Positions 1-9,630 are shown, counted from the stretch's first letter. The stretch: 64,000 nt of DNA from Treponemataceae bacterium (GCA_963677895.2 CAXXGJ010000018.1:64001-128000); one strand, 5' to 3'. Numbers and translations: made by a program. Notes: generated from the sequence alone by a model not told the origin.

Positions 1-314
1 GGGTAGCTCATGAACTGCAGCATCGAAGAGGATACGACGGCAGCGAGCCCGACCTGGCGGCCAGCGGAGAGGTCGGTGCCGCCCGTGATGAGGACGCCGC
101 CGATCCCCATGGCGATGATGATTCTCGTGGCCGACATCGAAAGGATGTTCCTCAGGTTCTGCAGGGAAAGAAAAGACGGCTGCTTGATGGAAATCGCGAC
201 GACGAGCGCCAGGAAAACGAGATAGATCGCGTATTTTATGGAAAAATCCTTGATAGCCTTCTGTCTTGCCATGGACCGGATCTGTGCATCTTCCGGATTC
301 TTTTTTTCAGCCAT
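1..314 (-). CDS. mglC: Galactoside ABC transporter permease (5' part; runs off window start)
   Basis: Manual translation from ATG 314 (SD GAGGAG): MAEKKNPEDAQIRSMARQKAIKDFSIKYAIYLVFLALVV...LITGGTDLSAGRQVGLAAVVSSSMLQ. GTDLSAGR is typical of MglC; lies downstream of mglA. Confidence 0.85.
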   Translation of the reverse strand, partial: MAEKKNPEDAQIRSMARQKAIKDFSIKYAIYLVFLALVVAISIKQPSFLSLQNLRNILSMSATRIIIAMGIGGVLITGGTDLSAGRQVGLAAVVSSSMLQFMSY

Positions 315-1839
315 ACTTTCTCTCCTCAGATAAACTGCGCTGCAAGCCGCATGATGCTTTCCTGATCCGCGGATTTCCGTCGAGGATCCCGGTGAGCCTT
401 CCGTCGCACATGACCATGATCCTGTCCGACATGCCCAGAAGCTCCGGCATTTCGGAGGAAATCATGATGATGCTTTTGCCGTTCGCGGCGAGATCCGCGA
501 TGATGGAATGGATTTCATATTTCGCGCCCACGTCTATGCCCCGCGTGGGTTCATCCAGGATGAGGATGTCCGGCTCGGTGAGCAGCCAGCGGGCGAAAAG
601 GACTTTCTGCTGGTTGCCGCCCGAAAGGTCCTTTATCCTGGTCTTGGACGAAGGCGTTTTCACCCTCAGCTGGTCGATGCTCTTGTCGACGTCGATGCCG
701 CAGCGTTCCTCGTCGAGAAGGCCTAGCTTGCCGACATAGCGGGGAAGATTGGCGAGAATCGTATTGTCCAGCACTGAAAGCATGGGGACGATGCCCGTCA
801 CGCGGCGCTCTTCGGTGAGAAGGGCCATGCGTTTGGATATGGCGCTCTGGGATGAGCTGATGACGACGGGTTTGCCGTTCAGCTCGATGCTGCCCGATTC
901 GATCGGTCTCAGGCCGAAGATGGACTCGACGAGCTCCGTGCGCTTGGCGCCGACCAGGCCGCCGATGCCGAGTATCTCGCCCTTGTGCAGGTCGAAGGAT
1001 ATGGATTTGAACGACTTGGTCTCGGCGGAAGTCAGGTTGCTGACTTTCAGGACGACGTCGCCCGGCTTGTTGTTTCGCGGCGGGAAACGGTGCGTGAGAT
1101 CGCGGCCGACCATTTTCGAGATGATCAAGTCCATTGTCAGGTCTTTCGCCTGATAGGTTCCCACATATTTTCCGTCCCGCATTATCGATACATCGTCCGA
1201 AATTTCGAGGATCTCTTCCATTTTATGCGAGATGTAGATGATGGCCACGCCTTTCTGCCTTAGGTCGCGGATGATCCTGAATAGCTGCGATACCTCGTTC
1301 TGGGTGAGCGACGAGGTGGGCTCATCCATGATGATGACGCGCGAGTTGTTGGAGACCGCTTTGGCTATCTCAAGCATCTGGATTTGCGATACCGAAAGAT
1401 TGCGGACCCAGGTTTTTGGATCGATGTTCATGCCGAGGGACGTGAAAATCGACCGCGTCTCCTCGAGCATCTTTTTGTGGTCGACGAAGGTGAAGGGGCC
1501 GATTCGCTTCACCGGCAAGCGGCCCAGCCAGAGGTTTTCCGTCACCGGCCTGAAAGGAACGGGAAGGAGTTCCTGGTGGATCATGGATATGCCGGCGTCC
1601 AGCGCCTGACGGGAGGAGGCGAAGTTGACCTTCTTTCCGTCCAACAGGACATCCCCCTCATCGGGGACATAGATGCCGAAAAGGCATTTCATGAGCGTGG
1701 ATTTGCCGGCCCCGTTTTCTCCCATTAAAGCGTGAACGGTGCCAGGCCTTATCTTGATGCTCACATCGTCAAGAGCTTTGACACCCGGGAAACTTTTGGA
1801 AATGTGGTTCATCTCCAGGACGTATTCAACGTCGCCCAT
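307..1839 (-). CDS. mglA: Galactoside ABC transporter ATP-binding protein (two ABC domains); apparent 1-nt frameshift near the 3' end
   Basis: Walker A GENGAGKST, IIMDEPT, LSGGNQQK, ILDEPTRGIDVGAK. Start at ATG 1839 (SD GGGAGG). The expected C-terminus continues in another frame ending at 326. Confidence 0.9.
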   Translation of the reverse strand: MGDVEYVLEMNHISKSFPGVKALDDVSIKIRPGTVHALMGENGAGKSTLMKCLFGIYVPDEGDVLLDGKKVNFASSRQALDAGISMIHQELLPVPFRPVTENLWLGRLPVKRIGPFTFVDHKKMLEETRSIFTSLGMNIDPKTWVRNLSVSQIQMLEIAKAVSNNSRVIIMDEPTSSLTQNEVSQLFRIIRDLRQKGVAIIYISHKMEEILEISDDVSIMRDGKYVGTYQAKDLTMDLIISKMVGRDLTHRFPPRNNKPGDVVLKVSNLTSAETKSFKSISFDLHKGEILGIGGLVGAKRTELVESIFGLRPIESGSIELNGKPVVISSSQSAISKRMALLTEERRVTGIVPMLSVLDNTILANLPRYVGKLGLLDEERCGIDVDKSIDQLRVKTPSSKTRIKDLSGGNQQKVLFARWLLTEPDILILDEPTRGIDVGAKYEIHSIIADLAANGKSIIMISSEMPELLGMSDRIMVMCDGRLTGILDGNPRIRKASCGLQRSLSEERKYG

Positions 1840-1920
1840 GAGATGCCTCCCTTCTTGCGCGATTAAAAAAAAGAGGGTGCATGTCATTATACATACACTC
1901 TTTCCCTGCGATCCTGACAG

Positions 1921-1958
1921 GCGCGGCCATGCCCTCCCTGAGGAAAGCATGGCCGCGC
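1921..1958 (-). terminator. Intercistronic stem-loop between mglB and mglA
   Basis: Perfect 12-bp stem GCGCGGCCATGC/GCATGGCCGCGC just after the mglB stop; no strong U-tract, so mRNA stabiliser or partial terminator. Confidence 0.6.
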
Positions 1959-1988
1959 CATCCGTTCACCTGAATTCAGGATATGGAC

Positions 1989-2984
1989 TCATTTGAACTG
2001 GGTGTAATTTTCCTTCGTGACTTTCTGGTAGGGAACCCATACATATTTGGCGTCGGAAATCGTCCAGCCGGTCTTGGCGAGATCTTCGTTCTTGGCGAGG
2101 GCGTAGGCCAGGTCGAAGGTGGCTTTGCCCTGGTTCTTCGCGTCGTTGAGGACGGTGCCGAGAAGGGTGCCTTCCTCAACAGCCTGAAGGGCGGGGGCGG
2201 TGGCATCGACGCCGACGACCACGATCTGCTTGGTTCCGGTGAAGTAGCCGTCCGACTTGAGAGCTTCGATGGCGCCGAGAGCCATATCGTCGTTGTTGCA
2301 GAAGACGACTTCGATCTTGTCGCCGTAGGCGGCCAGGAAAGCCTTCATCTTCTCGAAGGCTTTCGGGCGGTCCCAGTAGGCGGTGTCTTCGGCGAGCTTC
2401 TCGACCTGAAGGCCGGCGTCGGTCACTGCCTGGATGGAGAACTGGGTGCGGAGTTCCGCGTCCTGATGTCCGGGCTCACCCTTGAGCATGATGTACTGGA
2501 TGATCCCGTCCTTGTTCTTGTCGGCGGCGGGATTGGCTTTCCAATAGTCGACGACGATCTGGCCCTGCATGGTTCCCGACTGCTCGGCCTTGGCGCCGAC
2601 ATAGTACACCTTGTCCCAGGACTGCATATCTTCGGGCATCGGCTCGCGGTTGAAGAACACGACGGGGGTCTTCTTGGCCTTGGCTTTGGCGATGATGGCG
2701 GCGGCGGCCGTGCGGTCGACCGGGTTGATGGCGATCGCTTTCATTTTCTTGGAGAGGAACGCGTCCACCTGGTCATTCTGCGTGGGCTGGGCGTTCTGGC
2801 TGTCCACGACTTCGACTTCCGCTTTGTCCTTGGCGTTTTCGGTGATGGCGTTGCGGACATAGGACATGAATGTGTCATCGAACTTGTAGATCGCGACACC
2901 AATCTTGGGTTTTCCACTTGCAGAGCCGCCGCAGCTGGCGAGTAAGACTGCAAGTACGGCAAAGGCGACGAGAAGTTTTTTCAT
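1989..2984 (-). CDS. mglB: Galactose/glucose ABC substrate-binding lipoprotein
   Basis: Start MKKLLVAF at 2984 (SD AGGAGG); lipobox LLASC; IGVAIYKFDDTF, LKGEPGHQDAELRT, NNDDMALGA, GTVLNDAKNQG motifs. Confidence 0.92.
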   Translation of the reverse strand: MKKLLVAFAVLAVLLASCGGSASGKPKIGVAIYKFDDTFMSYVRNAITENAKDKAEVEVVDSQNAQPTQNDQVDAFLSKKMKAIAINPVDRTAAAAIIAKAKAKKTPVVFFNREPMPEDMQSWDKVYYVGAKAEQSGTMQGQIVVDYWKANPAADKNKDGIIQYIMLKGEPGHQDAELRTQFSIQAVTDAGLQVEKLAEDTAYWDRPKAFEKMKAFLAAYGDKIEVVFCNNDDMALGAIEALKSDGYFTGTKQIVVVGVDATAPALQAVEEGTLLGTVLNDAKNQGKATFDLAYALAKNEDLAKTGWTISDAKYVWVPYQKVTKENYTQFK

Positions 2985-3113
2985 CTTCTTCCTCCTGTGA
3001 ACTTTGTGCATTTACAAATGCACGCCAAAAAGTTTATCGGTTAACCACTTTTGTGTCCATATCCCATCCCTGTCAAACTGGCCGGAAAGTTGATTCTATA
3101 TGGTGGAATAAAA

Positions 3114-3142
3114 TTGACAGCACCCGTAACTGGCTCTAATAT
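3114..3142 (+). promoter_or_regulatory. Sigma-70-type promoter for the liv operon
   Basis: TTGACA (3114-3119), 17-nt spacer, TAATAT (3137-3142), upstream of SD AGGAGG and ATG 3196. Confidence 0.65.
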
Positions 3143-3195
3143 CTGAGACGTCCACTCAGGATTAGAGAGGGACGAGAGAAATTAGGAGGATTGTA

Positions 3196-4341
3196 ATGAA
3201 GCGAATCGGTATTGCTGCACTTGCAATCGCGGTACTTGCCCTGCTTTTCGCCTGCGGGCCCGCGGCCCCGAAAACAGTCAAGTTCGGCGTGTTCGAGCCT
3301 CTGACCGGCGCCAATGCCGGCGGCGGCGCGCTGGAAGTCGAAGGCGTCAAGCTGGCCAACGAACTGTATCCCACGGTTAAGGTGGGCGACAAGGAATACA
3401 AGATCGAACTTGTGATCTCCGACAACAAATCGGACAAGGTCGAAGCCGCCAACGCGGCCCAGCGCCTCGTCGACAAGGATAAGGTCCATGTGGTCCTCGG
3501 ATCCTGGGGATCCTCGCTCTCCATGGCGGCCGGTCCCATCGTGAAACAGGCCAAGACCCCGGCGATCGGACTCTCCTGCACGAACCCCCTCGTCACCAAG
3601 GGCAATGAATACTACTTCCGCGTCTGCTTCCTCGATCCCTTCCAGGGCACCGTCATGGCCAACTACGCTTTCAAGGAAGCCAAAGCCAAGAAGGCCGTCA
3701 TCATCCGCGAAGTGTCGAACGACTACTCCGTCGGCCTCGCGAAATTCTTCGCCGACGCCTTCGAGCTGCTCACCGGCGACACCTCGTCCATTCTCGCCGA
3801 GCTCAACTACAACACCGGCGACACGGATTTCTCCGCCGCCCTCACCGAGATCAAGAAATTCAAGCCCGACGTCATTTTCGCCCCCGGCAACTTCACCGAG
3901 AGCGCGCTCATCGTGAAACAGGCCCGCGAACTGGGCATCACCACTCCCTTCCTCGGCGGCGACACTTGGGAAACCCCCGAGTTCCTCGACGTGGGCAAGG
4001 CAGCCGTCGAAGGCGTAGTCTTCTCGACCTTCTTCGCCACCGAAGTCCCCATCACCGAAACGTCCAAGGTATTCCTTGACGAGTATCGCAAGAAGTACAA
4101 CAAAGAACCCGCCGCGGTCACCGCGCTCGGATTCGACGGTTACCTCGTGGCTCGCGCCGCAATCGAAAAAGCCGGCAGCCTCGACAGGACGAAGATTCGC
4201 GATGCCATCGCCGTGACCAAGGATTTCCCCGGCGCGGCAGGCTTTATCACCCTCGATGCCGAAGGCGACGCCGTGAAGAGCGCCGTCATCAAGACGGTCA
4301 AAGACGGTAAATTCTCGTATCTGACGACTGTACAGCCCTAA
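3196..4341 (+). CDS. livK: Branched-chain amino acid ABC substrate-binding lipoprotein (LivK/LivJ family)
   Basis: Lipobox LLFAC; EPLTGANA, YYFRVCFLDPFQG motifs; first gene of a livHMGF cluster. Confidence 0.88.
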   Translation: MKRIGIAALAIAVLALLFACGPAAPKTVKFGVFEPLTGANAGGGALEVEGVKLANELYPTVKVGDKEYKIELVISDNKSDKVEAANAAQRLVDKDKVHVVLGSWGSSLSMAAGPIVKQAKTPAIGLSCTNPLVTKGNEYYFRVCFLDPFQGTVMANYAFKEAKAKKAVIIREVSNDYSVGLAKFFADAFELLTGDTSSILAELNYNTGDTDFSAALTEIKKFKPDVIFAPGNFTESALIVKQARELGITTPFLGGDTWETPEFLDVGKAAVEGVVFSTFFATEVPITETSKVFLDEYRKKYNKEPAAVTALGFDGYLVARAAIEKAGSLDRTKIRDAIAVTKDFPGAAGFITLDAEGDAVKSAVIKTVKDGKFSYLTTVQP

Positions 4342-4355
4342 GACGGCTTTCTCGG

Positions 4356-4390
4356 GATCGGCGGACGGGGCGTGGCCCCGTCCGCCGATC
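4356..4390 (+). terminator. Intercistronic stem-loop after livK
   Basis: Perfect inverted repeat GATCGGCGGACGGGG/CCCCGTCCGCCGATC. Confidence 0.6.
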
Positions 4391-4498
4391 TAGCTTCATA
4401 CTTCGACAAAAGCCAGGTTGAAACGCGCTCGGCGAAAGCCGGCAGGGAATGTCCGGCTATCGCCGAGTCTCTTCGCGCTCAACCGGAATCGAGGACGA

Positions 4499-5392
4499 AT
4501 GACCCTCGCACTATTTCTGCAGCACATCGCCAATGCCCTGTCGCTTGGCAGCCTTTACGCGCTCATCGCCATCGGCTACACGATGGTGTATGGAATTCTG
4601 CGTCTCATCAATTTCGCCCATGGCGATGTCTTCATGTTGGGAGCCTACATCGCCTTTTACGGGACGGCGCTGCTTCACCTTCCTTGGTGGGCTTCCCTCG
4701 TCCTGGCGATTCTATGCACCTCCCTCTTCGGGATAGGCCTGGAAAAAATCGCCTACAGGCCCCTGCGGGACTCCCCGAAAATCTCTATCATGATCAGCGC
4801 CATCGGCGCCTCCTACCTCATTGAAAATCTCGCCGTCCTCCTCTTCGGCGGAAGGCCCAAGGGCGTTGAAGTGCCCGATATCCTGGGAAAGGTAATCTCC
4901 TTCGGATCGGTGTCCATCGTCACGGTGAGCCTCGTCATCCCCGTGTTCACCTTCGCCCTTCTCGCCATTCTTCTCTGGATCGTCAACAGGACGAAGACGG
5001 GCATGGCCATGCGGGCCGTATCCACCGATGTCGAGGCGGCGCGCCTCATGGCCATCGACGTCAACGGGATCGTCTCCATCACCTTCGGGATAGGCTCCCT
5101 CCTCGCGGCTTTCGGGGGCATCCTTTGGTCCTTCAAGTATCCCCAGCTCAACCCGCTCATGGGCGTGCTGCCGGGCTTGAAATGTTTCATCGCCGCCGTC
5201 ATCGGCGGGATTGGGAGCATCAGCGGGGCGGTGCTGGGAGGCTTTCTCCTCGGCCTCATCGAGATCATGACGGTCGCTCTCCTGCCCACCTTGTCGGGCT
5301 ACCGCGACGCCTTCGCTTTCGTCCTCCTCATCGTGGTGCTGATCGTGAAGCCCACGGGCCTGCTGGGAAAACGGCAGGCGGAGAAGGTGTAA
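4499..5392 (+). CDS. livH: Branched-chain amino acid ABC permease
   Basis: GSLYALIAIGYTMVYGILRLINFAHGD; TKTGMAMRAVS; start ATG 4499 after GAGGA. Confidence 0.92.
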   Translation: MTLALFLQHIANALSLGSLYALIAIGYTMVYGILRLINFAHGDVFMLGAYIAFYGTALLHLPWWASLVLAILCTSLFGIGLEKIAYRPLRDSPKISIMISAIGASYLIENLAVLLFGGRPKGVEVPDILGKVISFGSVSIVTVSLVIPVFTFALLAILLWIVNRTKTGMAMRAVSTDVEAARLMAIDVNGIVSITFGIGSLLAAFGGILWSFKYPQLNPLMGVLPGLKCFIAAVIGGIGSISGAVLGGFLLGLIEIMTVALLPTLSGYRDAFAFVLLIVVLIVKPTGLLGKRQAEKV

Positions 5393-5395
5393 ATC

Positions 5396-6496
5396 ATGAA
5401 ATTGACGAAAAACTACACATATAGCCTGATCGCCATCGCCGTTTTCGCCCTCTTCCTGGTGGTGGCCAACACGTTCTTCGACGCTTTTACCCTGAGAGTC
5501 ATAAATCTCTGCGCGATCTACATCATCCTGGCGCTTTCGCTCAACCTTTTGAATGGCTTCACGGGGTTGTTCTCCCTGGGGCATTCGGGGTTCATGGCGG
5601 TGGGAGCCTACGTGTGCGCGCTGCTCACGATGTCGCCCGAACTCAAGGAAATGAACTTCTTTCTCGTGCCCATCATTCCCGCGCTCAAGAACCTTACGCT
5701 TCCCTTCATACCGGCGCTGATCTTCGGCGGATTGGCCGCGGCCTTCGTGGGGTTCCTGATCGGCGCCCCCGTCCTCAGGCTCAAGGACGACTACCTCGCC
5801 ATCGCGACGCTGGGTTTTTCCGAGATCATCAGGGTACTGATCACGAACGCCCAGACGATTACCAACGGAGCTCAGGGACTCAAGGGGCTGCCGCGCTACG
5901 CCTCGACCTACGCCGTATGGATCACCGCCGCTCTCGTCACGCTCTTCATGGCGCTTCTCATGCGTTCGAGCTATGGCCGAGCGATGAAAGCGGTGCGCGA
6001 CGACGAGTTGGCCGCCGAGACGATGGGCGTCAACGTGTTCAGGGTGAAGGTGACATCCTTCACGGTTTCGAGCTTCATCGCCGGCGTGGGAGGAGCCCTT
6101 CTCGGCCACATGATCACGACCATTGACCCCAAGATGTTCACCTTCCTCCTCACCTTCAACATCCTTCTGATCGTGGTGCTGGGCGGCACCGGCTCCATTT
6201 CCGGATCGGTCATCGCGGCCATCGTCGTCACCATCCTGATGGAAGCCCTCCGCTTCCTCGACGAACCGATGAATCTGCTGTTATTCAAGACCCAGGGCCT
6301 GCCGGGCCTGCGCATGGTCGTCTTTTCGGCGATGCTGATGCTCGTCGTCATATTCCGCCAAAGCGGGCTCATGGGAAACAAGGAATTTTCTTGGGACATG
6401 CTCAGAAACGCGGGCGCGGTCTTCTCCCGTTTGGGAAAGAACAAGGGTTCGCCCGGGGCAGGCCGACGCGGCTCCAGAGGAGGCCGCGATGCCTGA
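5396..6496 (+). CDS. livM: Branched-chain amino acid ABC permease
   Basis: LNLLNGFTGLFSLGHSGF; LRLKDDYLAIATLGFSEII; YGRAMKAVRDDE. Confidence 0.92.
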   Translation: MKLTKNYTYSLIAIAVFALFLVVANTFFDAFTLRVINLCAIYIILALSLNLLNGFTGLFSLGHSGFMAVGAYVCALLTMSPELKEMNFFLVPIIPALKNLTLPFIPALIFGGLAAAFVGFLIGAPVLRLKDDYLAIATLGFSEIIRVLITNAQTITNGAQGLKGLPRYASTYAVWITAALVTLFMALLMRSSYGRAMKAVRDDELAAETMGVNVFRVKVTSFTVSSFIAGVGGALLGHMITTIDPKMFTFLLTFNILLIVVLGGTGSISGSVIAAIVVTILMEALRFLDEPMNLLLFKTQGLPGLRMVVFSAMLMLVVIFRQSGLMGNKEFSWDMLRNAGAVFSRLGKNKGSPGAGRRGSRGGRDA

Positions 6497-7256
6497 TACC
6501 ATGCTCTCCACCGACAAGGTGGTGATGAGATTCGGCGGCCTTACCGCCGTTTCCGATTTCAACATCCAGATCGATAAGAACGAGATCGTCGGGCTCATCG
6601 GGCCGAACGGCGCAGGTAAAACGACGGCCTTCAACGTCATAACCGGAATGTACACGCCGACGGAGGGCAAGGTCCTCTACAAGTCGCGGGACATCACCGG
6701 CTACAAGCCGCATTCGATCACGGAACTCGGCATAGCGCGAACCTTCCAGAACATCAGGCTTTTCAAGGAAATGAGCGTGCTCGAGAACGTCCTTGTCGGC
6801 TGCCATCTAGGCATCGGCACGGGGATTTTCGGCGCCACCCTCCATCTGCCGGCCTATCGGAAGAGGGAAGCGGAGGCGCGTGAGTTCGCCATGAATCTGC
6901 TTGCGCAGGTGGAACTCGACAAGGCGGCCGGCGAAAAGGCGACGAGCCTTCCCTACGGAAAACAGCGGCGGCTGGAGATCGTGCGCGCCCTCGCCACGAA
7001 GCCGACGATGCTTCTTCTCGATGAACCCGCCGCGGGCATGAACCCGCAGGAATCCATGGAACTCATGAGCCTGATCCGCAAACTCCGCGACGAATTCGAC
7101 CTGACCATTTTCCTCATCGAGCACCATATGCAGGTGGTCATGGGCGTCTGCGACCGCATGTACGTGCTCGACTATGGCCTTACGATAGCCCAAGGCGATC
7201 CGGCTTCGATCCAGAAAAACCCGAAAGTCATCGAAGCTTATCTGGGGGTGGACTGA
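6489..7256 (+). CDS. livG: Branched-chain amino acid ABC ATP-binding protein
   Basis: GPNGAGKTT; ARTFQNIRLF; LPYGKQRRLEI; LLDEPAAGMN. Confidence 0.93.
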   Translation: MPDTMLSTDKVVMRFGGLTAVSDFNIQIDKNEIVGLIGPNGAGKTTAFNVITGMYTPTEGKVLYKSRDITGYKPHSITELGIARTFQNIRLFKEMSVLENVLVGCHLGIGTGIFGATLHLPAYRKREAEAREFAMNLLAQVELDKAAGEKATSLPYGKQRRLEIVRALATKPTMLLLDEPAAGMNPQESMELMSLIRKLRDEFDLTIFLIEHHMQVVMGVCDRMYVLDYGLTIAQGDPASIQKNPKVIEAYLGVD

Positions 7257-7966
7257 TGCTCGAGATTCGCAACCTGTCGGTGCACTACGGCGGCATCCAC
7301 GCGCTCCAGGGAATAGACATCGACGTGCCGGAAGGCAAGATCGTGACGCTCATCGGAGCCAACGGCGCCGGCAAGAGCACGACGCTCCGGAGCATCGTCG
7401 GCCTCGTCAAATCCTCGGGGGGGAGCGTCGCGTGGAACGGCGAGACCCTGACCGGTCTGCCCACGAAGGACATCGTGTCCAAAGGCGTCGTCCTCGTGCC
7501 CGAAGGACGGAGGATATTCCCAAACCTAACGGTGGAGGAAAACCTGAAGCTGGGCGCCTATGCCCGAAACGACAAGGCCGGCATCGCTGCCGACGAGGAA
7601 AGGATTTTCTCGCTTTTCCCGAGGCTCAAGGAACGTATACGGCAGAAGGGTGGCACCCTTTCGGGCGGCGAGCAGCAGATGCTCGCCGTGGCCAGGGCGC
7701 TCATGACGAAGCCCAAGCTTCTCATGATGGACGAGCCTTCGCTGGGGCTGGCGCCGCTTTTCGTCAAGATGATCTTCGAGATCATAAGGACGATCAACAA
7801 GGAAGGGACCACCGTGCTGCTCATCGAGCAGAACGCCAAGGCCGCCCTCGAAATCGCCGACTATGGCTATGTCCTGGAAACGGGCAGGATCATCCTCCAG
7901 GGCAAGGGCAGGGAGCTGCTGGCGAACGACGGGGTGAGAAAGGCGTATCTGGGCGAGGGGCAATAG
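7256..7966 (+). CDS. livF: Branched-chain amino acid ABC ATP-binding protein
   Basis: GANGAGKST; VPEGRRIF; LSGGEQQMLA; MDEPSLGLAP. Confidence 0.93.
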   Translation: MLEIRNLSVHYGGIHALQGIDIDVPEGKIVTLIGANGAGKSTTLRSIVGLVKSSGGSVAWNGETLTGLPTKDIVSKGVVLVPEGRRIFPNLTVEENLKLGAYARNDKAGIAADEERIFSLFPRLKERIRQKGGTLSGGEQQMLAVARALMTKPKLLMMDEPSLGLAPLFVKMIFEIIRTINKEGTTVLLIEQNAKAALEIADYGYVLETGRIILQGKGRELLANDGVRKAYLGEGQ

Positions 7967-8020
7967 GGCGACTGGAACGCTAGGGCGGCTAGGGCAATAG
8001 AGCGGCCGATAATGGGCGGC

Positions 8021-9535
8021 TCAGCCGTGCTCCAGGTGATAGAACCATAACAATCTCGTCACGTTCCTCAAAAAACCGGCGATCATCGCGATGACGAAGA
8101 AAGCCGTTCCTCCCGGTTCCATCGTCATGAGGTCATGGTATTCGATCGGTCTTCCGATGAAGAGACTGACGAGGAAGGGAGCGGCAAAAAGCAGCGCCGC
8201 CCTGACTATCACCCCGAACAGCGTGCGCGACATTATGAAATTCTGGTATATGTTGCCGCGCCCCGTCTCCCTGCGGTCCCTCAAGGTCTTGGTCCACGAA
8301 AGAGCCGTGGCTGTCTGGAGAAGGAGGCTCATCACATAGACCATGAGCGATATGCCGGCTATGAACATCAACCTGCTCAAGGGGAAGAGCCTCGGGCTGG
8401 ACCCGGTAAAAAGCACTTTTTCCGCCGCCGAGGTCAGGAGCGGCAGCACCACATTCGACTGCAGCACGCCGCCCTGCGCCGAAAGAATGGCGATGCCGGC
8501 GTTCCTCTCCGGCCAGATGACCACTCTCGAGGAAAAACCCTCCACCGATCCGCCCTGGAATACGAGACGGTTGCCTTCCTCGGCCACGATGCGCCAGCCG
8601 AAACCCGTGTCGCCGCCGGGGATGAGGGGTTGATAGAGACCGGCCACCGCGGAGGCGGGAAGGCTTGCGATGCCCTTCTTGGGCGGCGCGGTGATGTAGG
8701 AAAGGAACCTGGCGATGTCTTCGGCCGTGGTCACGATGCCGTCGGCAGGAGCCGCTATATAGGGAACGCGGGAATCATAGGGAAAGGAGAGGCCGAAAAA
8801 GAGACCGGAACCGATGGCCACATCCAGGAGGGAATCCGGCCTGGATGTGGTACCGTGCATCCCTAAGGGAATAAGGATGCGCGATTGCAGCAGCTCGTCG
8901 AAACTCGTTTTTTCGGCATTTTCCATGGCCGTGCCCAATATCCTGTACGTCAGCCTGCTGCGGGCGAGCGCTCCCGGCTTGAGCCTGGTTCTCAGGAATT
9001 TTTCCGGATCGAGCACACCGGCTTCCAGACCGGAAATCTTCGACCCGAAATCCTTGAGATCCTGATCGCTGAGGCTTACGGAATGGGATGCGAGCTGGCG
9101 CACGGTGACGACCTTATTCTGCTCCGGGGCGAGTCCGCTGTCCAATTCCGGCGCCATCTTGATGTTTCTCAGCCCATAGAGGGGAATCTCGGGGAGGTAG
9201 GTGCTGATGTCGTCGTCGAGCGATATGAGCTTTTGCAGCGTAAGCGAATAGAGGAGGGCGCCCGAGAGAATTTCCGAACTCGGGCCCAGATACATGGGCG
9301 TATCCTTGGCCAGGGCATGCCCCAATCCGTCATGGCCGAAGGATTCCTGGTAAAAAATGGATCCGTTCTTGCAAATGGCTACCGAAAAGCCCGCGTTGGC
9401 CTGCCGCGATCGCTCGTGCCTGAACATCGTGGAAAAATCGTCGTATTTTTCCGGACCGAGGTCGGGCAGATAGACAATGACCGCCATGGAGGCGGCGATG
9501 ATTATCCAGGGAATAAGTTTTCTTAGCCAGCGCAT
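8021..9535 (-). CDS. Membrane-anchored beta-lactamase/serine-hydrolase-fold protein, probably catalytically inactive
   Basis: N-terminal TM; TVRQLASH, RILIPLGMHGT, PADGIVTTAEDIARF, GFGW scaffold motifs; about 4 C-terminal hydrophobic segments; SxxK, YxN and HxG motifs substituted. Confidence 0.75.
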   Translation of the reverse strand: MRWLRKLIPWIIIAASMAVIVYLPDLGPEKYDDFSTMFRHERSRQANAGFSVAICKNGSIFYQESFGHDGLGHALAKDTPMYLGPSSEILSGALLYSLTLQKLISLDDDISTYLPEIPLYGLRNIKMAPELDSGLAPEQNKVVTVRQLASHSVSLSDQDLKDFGSKISGLEAGVLDPEKFLRTRLKPGALARSRLTYRILGTAMENAEKTSFDELLQSRILIPLGMHGTTSRPDSLLDVAIGSGLFFGLSFPYDSRVPYIAAPADGIVTTAEDIARFLSYITAPPKKGIASLPASAVAGLYQPLIPGGDTGFGWRIVAEEGNRLVFQGGSVEGFSSRVVIWPERNAGIAILSAQGGVLQSNVVLPLLTSAAEKVLFTGSSPRLFPLSRLMFIAGISLMVYVMSLLLQTATALSWTKTLRDRRETGRGNIYQNFIMSRTLFGVIVRAALLFAAPFLVSLFIGRPIEYHDLMTMEPGGTAFFVIAMIAGFLRNVTRLLWFYHLEHG

Positions 9536-9586
9536 TGGGCAAAGTATAGCAGGGTATGGACGTCTGTGCCAGCTTGGGCCGCTATG

Positions 9587-9630
9587 CGAAGGAAGAACCG
9601 CGCTGTGTCGACGGCGCGGTTCTTCCTTCG
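9587..9630 (-). terminator. Long stem-loop downstream of glnA
   Basis: CGAAGGAAGAACCGCGC/GCGCGGTTCTTCCTTCG, 17-bp perfect stem, 20 nt past the glnA stop. Confidence 0.65.

Noticed and set aside
9555..9571. TGGCAC upstream of the beta-lactamase-like gene as a sigma-54 site
   Set aside because: No TTGC at -12 spacing; it fits better as a -35 17 nt from TATACT.
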